Below the pieces are notes generated by a model that worked only from the letters and a program-made list of their open reading frames with translations, was not told the DNA's origin and did no database searches. 64,000 nucleotides of DNA from Selaginella moellendorffii (lineage: Eukaryota > Plantae > Lycopodiophyta): NCBI RefSeq assembly GCF_000143415.4, contig NW_003314269.1, positions 2,301,544 to 2,365,543 of the forward strand. Reading direction: 5' to 3'. Both the position numbers and the translations under genes were made by a program. Positions within the stretch are counted from its first letter, which is position 1. Each line of letters opens with the position of its first letter. Below, piece after piece: positions 1-10,965 of the stretch.

Positions 1-3000
1 AAGTGATGAGGAATTTTCCTTAGAGCTTGATTTTCCATGTCATTTTTCTTATTAGTGTTTTGGCTTCACATTAGATCCTGAAAGTGGTTAAAGAAGAGTG
101 TTAGTGCAATGTAGATATCCGAAGATGTGGTCTTCGTGATCAAGCCTTGGATGTTTACTTTGCATTTTGAGGATGTCGGTGTTGGATGTTGAAAAATGGG
201 CAAAAGATGTTCGATGCTTAAGCATGCTATTGGGTCTTGAGAATTTGTGTTGAGGTGAACTTATGTGAAGTTGTTAGTAGGAGGAAGTTGGTTGAGTTTT
301 GAAATTTTGTATTCCTAGACTGAGAGTCATTCTTTCTCTAGAATGGAAAATTTTCCATAAATTTTCTTAGGCTTTTCCAATAGTTGATCTGTTGATCACT
401 TTGTCCGAAAACCTTTCCGTTTCGTAAGCCAGTACAAACTAGTGAAGGGGTTGGAGTTGATTTAGGTTGGCTTAGACCTTAGTAAGTAGTTTGTATGATG
501 CGGCCTGAAAGGGATGCTGACTTTTGAAGCTAGAGCAATTGAGTTGGATAGAGTCTGGAGTTGATGTAGAAAAGTGGCTGTTGCACTTTTCTAGAAAGGT
601 GACCCTTGTGCCTTTCTTTTATAGCGTTATGCTTGGTGGCAGGTTGCACCTTGCATTCCGTTAAACTCTATGAGAGTAGTGAGCTCTCACTGATCTTGAC
701 TTGGTCTTGGTGGCCCTGTGCCTTGGTTGGGGATAGTGATGTCCAACTTAGTTGTTTGAGTTTGAGATGTTGGTACCCATAATATAGCTTTGTCTAAGTG
801 GAGGTTGTGTACCGATATGAGTCCATCTCATGGTTTTCACTTTAGTTGCGACTGAGTGATGATCATGCATAGCTAGCCTCTTTATGACATGCTTAGAGCT
901 AGTGGCTAAATGCATTGGTGAGCTTATTGCAATTGAGTTGGATTTGAGTGGTCATTTAGTTCGTGTTTGTCCATGAACCTTTATCTTGTACTGAGATATT
1001 ACGTTTATATTGGACAAGTATATGACTCGATGACATGAGCTTAGTGTTTGGGTCTTATAAAGGCAAGTTGAAGGGTGATTGTTGGTTGCTTTGCAACTAG
1101 TGATTACCTGTAAACTTAGTCGAGGACTGTTGACACTTGCTTCACTCGATGAACATTTAGTAGTGGTGGGCTTGCTTTACCGGATGGTGTTGCGGAGGAT
1201 CGTGTCGTTACATTTACGTGGGTTTTCCATATTGGCATTTTGACTCTACCTCTGTCGATATCATTTGGTTACGTTTGGTTCGTAGTGTTGGATTTCATTG
1301 AGTCATGGATGTGGTGAATCACTCCTTGATGATGTGTTATTTGTAAATGAGTTTTGCTGAAAGATTGGTCTTGGATACTAAGTAAAGTATCTTTGACTTT
1401 GGTTAGCTTGGTTGCTAGGAAGTCTTGAGTGGTGATACACTCATGCTTTCTTCTAGCTTTGTTCTAGTGTTGATGGCATTGAAGTGATGCCTTGTTGTTG
1501 ACATTGTTGATGTTGAGATTCAAGTGAGATGAGATGTCTATCCTTAGGATTGACATTGAGTTTCATTAGTCTTGATGAAGATAGTGTTGATGATTTGGCT
1601 ATAGCTATGTGTTATTGGCATTCATGCATTTACTAGTTAGCGACTCTATTGACGTTCTAACGAACTGAGTGGCAAGTTTGAGTTAGTCATGTTCTAGACG
1701 AGATTATTTAGTAGAGGGTTGAGCCTTGGCTTTTCCTTGAAAAGTGGTTTAGTCATGAACTATACTAGCTTTACGAGATAAAGAGTTGGTGATCGATATT
1801 GAAGTGATTGAATCTTTATTGGATTTGAGTTGGAATATATCGATCATTGATGATTCTTCTTGTGCTTGTTATGAAGTGAGTTACGTCTTGCTATAGATGG
1901 ATTCATGGAGGATCGTTTGGTGATCACTTGTTGAGCATAGCTTTGTTATGCTTAGCTTTTGGATTGATGCAGATATGCTCTTCATTAGCTTTGGCATTGT
2001 GAAGTTTAGCTTATGGATGTGTTGAGGAAGATATTGTGGGTTGCACCATAATTTCTTCTTTAGCATTGAAATTAGTTCATGCAAGACTTGTGATTGTTGT
2101 TAGGCAAGACTTAGCTATAGATTTCTTCGAGCTTTTGGTTCTTTGAGTTTTATGCTCATTGTTCCATTTGTTAGACGTTGTTGGGGAAGGCATCTTGGCT
2201 CATTAGCTTCAATGTTGAAGTTAGCTTTTGCATCTAGCAATCATTGGTGATGATTGACTATCATCTAGGATAGTTGATTATCCTTATCAAATGGATTTGC
2301 TTGATTATTGTTGATATAGAATGATTCGCTTCTTTCGGATGGTGGATTCCTTTTTTGATGATGATTATGCATATCTCTTTTTGATGGGATGATTGATGAT
2401 CTTTCATGATGGTTAGTTGTTCTCTTTGATAGCTTTTGGCTTTTCGCAATACCACATGTTCTTTGTGGTTTGCTTTGGATTGGTCTCTTGGGTTTGAGGC
2501 ATCTATAAGATGTTGCTGACACTTGCTTAGGCAACTTGAGTTCCTTAGTATTGTTAGCTGGGATCTATTCAGATTGGCTTTTGTGGTAGTTGGCAGGAAT
2601 GAGTGTTTGTTGGTCTTACCACATTCATTCTATTCTATTGATTGTTGCTCGAGCTAGTTTTTATAGATTTGGATGTTATTTCCTTTGGGTGATACATTCG
2701 CGAGCATCTTGCTTGCCAGTCAATGATACTTTGTGTTCTTTGAGTTATCTTTAGTAAGTTGTTTCGCATACTGTCTGCCATCTTTGGTAGTTAAGTTTCA
2801 TCATTAAGTTTACTTGATGATATACTTGCTATTGACTTTTGCTGGATGGTGATTCCTATATTTACCAATTATGATGATTTTGGTGGTTCCTATACTATAA
2901 TACTAGTTTATCGGATGATAACTTACTTAGAATACTTTTGTGTTAGTCTCATTTCGGTCCCAAATGCTATTTGTGGAAAGTGTCCAGATTTGCTCATTTG

Positions 3001-3181
3001 GCATATCTACGGAATGTAGAGATTGGCCTGAACACAATGGTGTTCGTCCCGTGTCCAAATTCACAATCTAGGGACATTCCATATTTAGTAAGTTTCAAGC
3101 TTGTCCCATAGACTAATTCCTAATACTAAGGGAGGCTTGGGGTGAAAGCCCAAAGCGTGTGTTCCTGAAGGGGGGGGGGGC
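1..3181 (+). mobile_element. Heavily decayed internal region of a Ty3/gypsy-like LTR retrotransposon, truncated by the window start
   Basis: T/G-rich, C-depleted, with no long ORF. Residual RT-like words at ~1261-1340 (SFGY...FH*VMD...LDDVLF, compare PFGL...FQRxMD...YxDD). Ends in a polypurine tract (3168-3180) directly before TG. Confidence 0.6.
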
Positions 3182-3723
3182 TGTGGGGGGTTCTAAATGT
3201 ATAGTAGGGATAGTGGGTAGATCGGGCATGGTTGACCAACCTGAGGCATAGTCTAGCTCCCACTTGTGTGCCTGTCCTTGTTCTGCGTCCGGCTTGGGTC
3301 TAAGCCCAAGTTCCATTCCATGCTAGTTGGTGGAGTACCCATATCCTCGCGTTAGGCCACCGGTATGCCGAAATAGCGCCAGACTCCGTTTGGCTCCGTT
3401 TGGCGTGCTGGTCCTGGCATTGGGATGCTGGTTGCTCCAGGATTGTTCCAAGTCGCTCCGGGCCCCTGTCCCTTCGCTCTTTGGGCTGTATGCTCGGGAG
3501 TTGCTCCGTGGTCCGGCTCCATCACTCCTTGGCTCCACGCTTGGGAGTTTGGCACCGTTCCTTCGTTCAGTGGCCCAAGGCCCTGAACCTCGAGTTCCTA
3601 TGGACACGTGGCATGGACACGTGGCATCTGTCACGTGGCACAAAGAGGGTTTAGGTTCCGCTTCGTGGTGTTATCCTATGGTAAATCACCATAGGATAAA
3701 GGGTCAAAACCACGTGCGCTACA
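3182..3723 (+). mobile_element. 3' LTR copy 1 (TG...CA, ~542 bp)
   Basis: Starts TGTGGGGGG right after the G-rich PPT and ends GTGCGCTACA, the same terminus as copy 2. The first ~230 nt align with 4241-4470. Confidence 0.7.
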
Positions 3724-3986
3724 CAGGAGGTCGGTATTGCTGGTTCCTTTTATGGTCTCCACTCAAGCTAGTTGAGAAACTGGTCATCGCATGTGCACTT
3801 GACCAGATGAGCATAAGGACGGAATTCCTACATGCTATTTGTCAAGCATACTTGACCTGGTTAGAGAAACTCATTCGTTGACTTGCATTTGCTAGTGTTG
3901 GGAACCCCCGCGATATTGAGACTAGTCCCTCAATATTCGCTAGATGATAGCTTACCGTGTCTGCCAAACACCCTTGCTATCATACC

Positions 3987-4568
3987 CTTTGTGTTGGTCT
4001 CATTTCGGTCCCAAATGCTATTTATGGAAAGTGTCTAGATTAGCTCATTTGGCATATCTACGAAATGTAGAGATCGGCCTGAACACAATGGTGTTCGTCC
4101 CGTGTCCAAATTCGTAATCTAAGGACATTCCATATTTAGTAAGTTTCGGACTTGTCCCAGAGACTAACTCCTGGTACTAAGGGAGGCTTGGGGTGAAAGC
4201 CCAAAGCGTGTGTCCCTCAAGGGGGGGGGGGGGGGGGGGCTGTGGGGGGTTCCAAATGTATAGTAGGGATAGTGGTTGGAATGCATGTCCGACCACCTGA
4301 GACATTAGTTTGGCTCCCGCTGGGCTGTGTCACTCCTTGTTTTGCGTCCGGCTTGAGTCTAAGCCCAAGCTCCACGCTGCTCTAGTCGGTAAAGTACCCT
4401 CCTCCTTGCGTTAGGCCACCGGTATGCCAAAATTGTGCCAGACTTCGTCTGACACCATTTTGCGTGCAGGTGCTGGACACGGGGAGCTGATGCTCGTGGG
4501 ATTGCACCGGACCCTCGTTTCGTAGCGCAACAGGCTTGGAGTTCGGCTCCAAATTCAGGTGCGCTACA
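3987..4568 (+). mobile_element. Second 3' internal segment, PPT and 3' LTR copy 2 (LTR 4241-4568)
   Basis: 3987-4240 closely matches 2936-3181. A G19 PPT is followed by TGTGGGGGG; the LTR ends GTGCGCTACA at 4568, followed by AT-rich host DNA. Confidence 0.7.
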
Positions 4569-5399
4569 ATATACTCCTCATTAAATATAAAGAGATAGCA
4601 AATGCATGATATTAATAGGCTTGGATCAAGAAAGAGCTATAGGGAGCCATGAGAGGAATCAATGATATTTTGCTTAGAGGCAGGAAAATTATATGTACCT
4701 TAAGTGAAGTTAAAATCATCACTTTGTGGGCTTTAGCTGCATCCATGGCAAAAAAAATTTAAAAAAATACATTACTAAATGGTAAAGTTTCAGAAATTTA
4801 CACTTGTCATTAAAAAGTTTCAAAGTTGTAACACAAAATTAATTTAATCAACATATATCAAATGGCTATCTTTAGCTTGCCCTGTAATACAATTAGAAAG
4901 TTTTTAACATTGTTCCTTTACCTTACCTCCAGAAAGTTTTTTAAGTGTTATAAGAAGTGTTTGAATCAAATTTTAGGAGAGTCTTACACCTACAGGAACC
5001 TTGTTAACAAAAAATTGAAAGCACTCACTATTCACATTTTATATACCACATGCAACACCTAGTACTGTTCCAAAGTAGGAGTTTGTTTTACTTCCACAAT
5101 TTACACAAGGACCCCGTGATGGAAAATGCTTTCTCTATAATGGCTGAAAATCATAAGTTACAGGGCTTCAATATAAGAGCGTCTTTGAAATCAAATCCAT
5201 GGTAAATCTTGTAGTAAAAATGTAGCCAAACTAGGTAAAATTGAAGCCATATGGTTCTGGCAACTATACATAATGGATGAGGGAAAAGAAGAGAATTAAC
5301 AATATTTTCATTCTCAAATCCGTCAGAAGAAAGTCACAGTTGGGAGCTTGGTTGTGTTGGAGCAACTCCTGGAGAAGATTGGCTTGTAATGTCGCCCTC

Positions 5400-6299
5400 C
5401 ATGCCATAGCCTAGTGGCTCGTCATGCAACTGCTTGGAGAAGAGAGCTTCTAGGATTTGTGTGCTATCACCAGGACTTGTTCTCTTGGACGATGTTTGTG
5501 ATGGCTCTAGCCAAGCAGCAGAACAGTCCCAAGAGTCTAGAGCTGGCTAGGGAAGTTTTTACCAGGATGGCCTGCTGGGATGTCATGGCTTGGAACGCCT
5601 TGCTTATAGGCTACAGCTGGGCTGGAGATGCTCTTGAAATGAAGTTGGAGATGCTGGAGTGGATCTGGTGTCATGGACAAGCCTGTTGGTGGTGTATAGT
5701 GATAACACCCTGAACGCTTCTACGCAGGGTGTTGTGGTGGGGGTGTATGCTCAGCTCAGGCTTATTAAGCAGGTAAATGCCACCTTCAATGCAATGGATG
5801 AGCGAGACACCGTGATGACCATGGAAGTGAACAAGTGGGACACCATGTCATGAAACACCATTGTTTGGCGTATGGCCAAGCTGGGCATCAATTGCCACCT
5901 TTTGTGCCACGGATCTGGGAGGCATGAAACTTGATGATGTCAACTACGTAAACCTAGTTGAGACAGTGAGTGGGAGCAGTGAGAACAGCTTGGTGATTGC
6001 CTATTAGGGAGGCGGACTGCAAGGGGGGCTCCAGAACCTTGGAAACACATGCTTCATGAACTGCAATGTGGTACGATGGCCAACTTCTTGCCAAGGTGAC
6101 CAAGGTGGCAATTGCGGTCCTCAACATGTACGCCAAGTGTGAGTTGCTCCAAGCTGCAAGGGAGGTGTTCAACACCATGAAAGTGCAGGCCAGGGACGTA
6201 GTGACATGGAGCACATTCATTGCTTCCTATAGCTCAGCCGATTTCACTCCAGTGGCACTGGATAGACTGCTTGTTTCCACCAAGAGATGCACTGTTTGA
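5400..6299 (+). pseudogene. PLS-class PPR pseudogene
   Basis: PPR motif fragments in different frames (AREVFTRMACWDVMAWNALLIGYS; DLVSWTSLL; NMYAKCELLQAAREVFNTM...DVVTWSTFI) separated by stops and frameshifts. Confidence 0.8.
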
Positions 6300-6414
6300 C
6301 TTGGCCTACACTCTCTTGTTGCAAATATCTTTTTCCTGCCTAAAGGTTGATATAGGATAGCTTAAGCATGGTGATTCACTCTTTTCTTGAGAACTCTATA
6401 ACACAAGGATTTTC

Positions 6415-6558
6415 TACAGCAACATACACCTGTTGCAAAAGTAATGATGTTATGCCTAGCAAACATCTTGTGAGTTTTCTATTTTTGTTATGAGTTTCTA
6501 CTTACAGCAACATACACCTGTTGCACAAGTAATGATGTTGTGCTTGGTGAACATCTTG
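6415..6558. repeat. Direct repeat of ~56 bp, two copies, period ~88 bp
   Basis: TACAGCAACATACACCTGTTGCA(A/C)AAGTAATGATGTT...AACATCTTG at ~6415 and ~6503. Confidence 0.85.
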
Positions 6559-6839
6559 CCCAGCAAGCTAAACAACCCAAAACGTCAGCAATTGATGATT
6601 CGGGAAATTCATAGTTGACTGTGGGGGTTTATTCACACACTAAGGTGGCAATTGTAGAGTGCCTGTTATTTCATGATAAAACCACTTTAGACGATATTGT
6701 ATTCATCTTAGGAAAACAAGAGTTGTGGCCATTCACAATTCCTTTGGTTAATGTTTTGTTAATATGAGTTGAAACATGAAACTAAGCTCATATTGACACT
6801 AATATAGTTCATATTAGATAGCAACAGAAGTTTGGATCC

Positions 6840-7940
6840 CTCATGTACTTGCTCCTGGGATCCATTCCACTCATTGTAGCTGTTCCTCAAGACCCACGAT
6901 GCCGCATTCACTAGTTAGCAGGCCACCCAGGGTGGCCGTTGAGATCTCCATGTACAACTTCAAGAGCTTATCTTACTTGGAGGGTGAGTACAAGAACATT
7001 CGAAGGATGTGCTCCATGGAGCTCTTCACGGTCAGGAGTGTCACCTCCTTCACCAAACCAAAATCATCTGGGACGAGCTGTGGGAGCTCACTGCCAAGCA
7101 CGCCAAGGCTATCAACCAGTGGCATTGCAAGGGAAGTTGAGATCACTGGGCTTCAATGTTATGACCCACATCCTCATGAACAAGACTTACTTTTGATCCA
7201 AGACTTCTGGTGATGATCCAGAGGCGCGGTATTTTGTGGAGTCGCGGTGTTCTCCATAGCAAATTATTTCCCCAGATGGAGCATAGCCTGCTGGAAGATG
7301 GATGCGTTCCTGGACAATGTTTTGGATGAGCAAAGATCTGGAGAAATTCCAGACTTTGTGGAAATGACAAAGGTGCGAGTCAACGGCCCCGACCAGACCC
7401 AGAGTCTGCCAAGTGAAAACTCTTTATTAATCGAGCTAAGTCTCTCTTTGCTCGCCTAGGATTTACTTATTGGTGGCTCGGAGACATTGTTTGACCGTGA
7501 TTGAATGGGCTATGGCCTAGCCTCTTCACAGTCCTGAATGGATGCAAGAGACTGAAAGTGCGGTGAATGGTGGAGGAGTCCGACTTGGGAACCTGTAATC
7601 AAGGAGACATTTCCGCTAGCGCTGCTGATCCCACACACGTTCCCGGAGCCTCGACTAGTTGCAGGCTTTGAGATTTCAGCAAAGGCGACAATGCTCATCA
7701 ACAGGAAGGGTTTCCCAGGCCCGGCCAGATCCGGAAATGTTCAAGTCTGGGAGGTTGGTTGATAGCAATATCAGTTTACCACGACTTTGAGTTGCTTCCT
7801 TTCGGATCTGGAAAGTGAGCTTGCCCTGGACTTCCTCGTCCAAACTTGATCCATGGGGTGGAGATTTGCGGATGGAGGCACAAGGAAGTCCTCCTTTGAC
7901 AGTGGCCCTGGATTGATTGATACTCTTGCGAATGCTATTG
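6840..7940 (+). pseudogene. Cytochrome P450 (A-type, CYP71 clan) pseudogene
   Basis: ELFTVRSVTSF, EQRSGEIPDFV and DLLIGGSET are present. The heme motif is broken by a stop (LLPFGSGK*ACPG, ~7791-7830) and there are several frameshifts. Paralogous to 24045-25130 and 36490-38122. Confidence 0.85.
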
Positions 7941-8198
7941 TGGCCCATGTATCCCCAAGACTTTGGACTCTTTCAGCTTCGTAACTTAATTAAACTACCT
8001 AAGGGAAAAAATATATTCTCTTACTTTCAAAGAATATGCTATGAGTTATTTGATTCCAAGGGAATATATCTGTCTTCGTTGTCGTCGTGGCCATCGTCGC
8101 GGGATTGCGTTGCGCGGGGATGATCTCGTCTTCTCTTCGGCAATCGACAGGAATGTAGCGGAGCAGTGGGAGTGCGTGGCGCTGCGTCCCCGAATTCT

Positions 8199-8213
8199 CA
8201 GGGTTTAGGGTTT
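8199..8213. promoter_or_regulatory. Telo-box (AAACCCTA-type) tandem just upstream of the CPN60 ATG
   Basis: CAGGGTTTAGGGTTT. Similar motifs precede other housekeeping genes (12763, 13650, 38414). Confidence 0.55.
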
Positions 8214-8216
8214 ATC

Positions 8217-10906
8217 ATGTACAAGGTAGCCGGCGCCTTGATTTCCAGGTAAGCAACTGGAGATTTCGTTCCCGCTGAGAGCTAACGAAATTCTCTCGCT
8301 GCTGGGTTGCTAAGATCCAAGACACAAGCACAGGTAGGTTTGTTTCCCTCAATTTTTCTTTTGCTATCTTAGATTTTTTGTTGTTTCATCGTAGTTCCTT
8401 GCGAGACACTATGGACTTATCCCCAAGAACACCAAGTATGGTGTGGAGGCGAGATTACTTATGCTTCAAGGTGTCCAGCAGCTCGCGGATTGTGTCAAAG
8501 TCACAATGGGTCCAAAGGTAGAAAAACAGAATTTCTGGAGTGTAGGATTGTCATCGTTCGTTCATCTGATACTTGAAATTGCTAGGGAAGAAATGTGATC
8601 ATCGAGCAAGATAAGTATGGACCTCCCAGAGTTACCAAAGACGGTGTCACGGTTGCCAAGGCCATTGGTTTCAAGGATAAGATGAAAAACGTTGGAGCAG
8701 ACCTTGTCAAGCGCGTGGCAATATCAACTAACGATGCTGCTGGAGATGGTAAGTTTTCGATCGATGTTTTTTCTTTTTTCATTCGCTTCACAGTGATGGC
8801 GTTGCAGGGACGACCCTTGCCACGGTTTTAACGCGTGCAATCTTCACCGAGGGCTGCAAATTGGTGGCTGCTGGCATGAACGCAATGGAACTCCGTCGTG
8901 GTATTAATCTAGCAGTCGATCACGTGGTATTTCATCTTAAAAATCGGGCTAAGATGATCAGTACTTCCGAGGAGATTTCACAGGTTTGTGCTGTGCTTCC
9001 TTTTGGCTTATGTTCGTAATTCTTGCGCAGGTCGCGACTGTTTCGGCAAATGGTGACAAGGAAATTGGCGATCTGGTTGCTAAAGCTATGGAAAGAGTTG
9101 GCAAGGAGGGATTGATCACTATCTGGGTACTAGAACAGCTTCCTACATGGTTTTTTCTGGCTTTAACATTTCATTTCGCAGGATGGTCAAAAACTCCATA
9201 ACGAGCTTACTGTTGTCGAGGGGATGGAGATAGACAAGGGATATATATCGCCATACTTTGTCACCAATGCAAAGACGCAAAAAGCGGTATGCGAGTCTTG
9301 CTGGCTGGAACCTGCTTGATTTGCCGAGCTTTTGCAGGAGTTTGAAGACGCATTGATTCTCCTCCATCCTGACAAAATTTCAAGCGCACAGAAACTTGCA
9401 CCTGTGCTTGAGATCATCAAGAAGGTAGTTCTAGTTCATTTGGATCCGTCTTTCTATGCCTGGTCTCAAAATGACTGCTTCTTCAGCTTCAAAGGCCTCT
9501 ACTTATTATTGCTGAAGATGTGGAAGGCGAGGCTTTGGCATCTTTAGTCGTGAATAAAATGCGGGGTGGACTCAAGGTATGAGAATCTTCTTCTGTTTGT
9601 TTGTTATTTTTTTCTTCTCTTCTTTTCTAAACGTCGAGCTTTCAGGTAGCTGCCATCAGATCCCCAGCCTACGGTGAAAATAGGAGAAACACTCTGGAGG
9701 ACATCGGTATTTTGACCGGTGCACAAGTAAGCTGTTACTTCACGGCTTGTCATGTGGTGTTCGAACCAAATTTGTGGCAGCTAATCACAAACGAGATGGG
9801 GTTGAAGCTTGAGGATGTTCGTGTTGATATGCTCGGAACGGCAAAACAGGTCCGTTGCTCCAATGGTTTGAACTTGCGGTAAACCGATCTCTCAGGTGAC
9901 AATTGCTCAAGAAGACACCATTATCCTAAATGGAGGAGGCGACAAAGCAGCCATTGAAGAGCGTTGCGAGCAGGTTTTAAATATGAAAACAGTTCGTGAC
10001 GATGGTCTTAATGCTTCTATTTTCTCAGATCCGGCTAGAAATACCTGTTGCGATTTCCAAGTACGACAGGGAAAAGCTGGAGGAGCGTTTGGGAAAGCTA
10101 TCCGGTGGAGTGGCCATGTTAAAGGTGGAAGCATTTTGCTATTCGTGCGTCATTTATCTGATGCTGTGCCAGGTTGGGGGCGGAAGTGAAGCAGAAGTCA
10201 TGGAAAAGAAAGACCGCGTGATGGATGCGCTTAACGCAACAAACGCAGCGATAGAAGAAGGCATTGTTCCTGGTAAGCAACCACCGATGCTTTCATTTTA
10301 TACTCTCACTATGTTTAGGAGGTGGAGTTGCATTGCTCTATGCGGCTAACGAGCTAAAAAACCTCAGTGTACCAAGCTTTGATCAAAAGATCGGAGTTCA
10401 AGTCATCCAGAACGCTCTAAAGGTTCGTGATTTAAAAAGAAAACAAGCTCTCGAATATCAATTTTTTAATTTCTTCTGCAGATACCAACGCACACAATCG
10501 CTGCAAACGCTGGCGTCGAAGGCGCTCTGGTGGTGTCCAAGCTTCTCGAGCAGAGCAGTCCAAACTTTGGTTACGATGCTGCCACAGGTAAAAGACGCTA
10601 TTTACTCCTGTGGTCTCGCGTTTTAAGGGAGTTTTTGATGGAAACCAGGTGAGTACGTTGATATGATCAAAGCCGGGATTATAGATCCAGTGAAAGTTAT
10701 CAGAATAGCTCTCATGGATGCTGCAAGGTACTTTTTTTTTTCTTTCCAGAAAGCTTGGCTTATGTCGCGTTTTTTTATCCAGTATCTCGTCACTGCTAAC
10801 AACAACGGAGGTGGTGATAACCGAGGTTTTCAGGGAGGAGAGAGAGGCGATGCGCGCAGGGATGGAAGCTCCGCAAGGAATAGGCGACATAGCACAGTAC
10901 TTGTGA
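8217..10906 (+). CDS. CPN60: Mitochondrial chaperonin 60 (GroEL/Hsp60), multi-exon
   Basis: ATG at 8217 ([11 protein letters not shown] presequence-like). Spliced exons give [71 protein letters not shown]. Stop ends at 10906. Confidence 0.95.
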
Positions 10907-10965
10907 TCTCAAAAGGTGAAAGTTTTCTTGCCTTGTAAACTTGAGAGGTTTTGTTCCATTATTAC

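Noticed and set aside
3327-3881. 184-aa ORF
   Set aside because: Lies across the LTR and its boundary; no recognisable protein motif.
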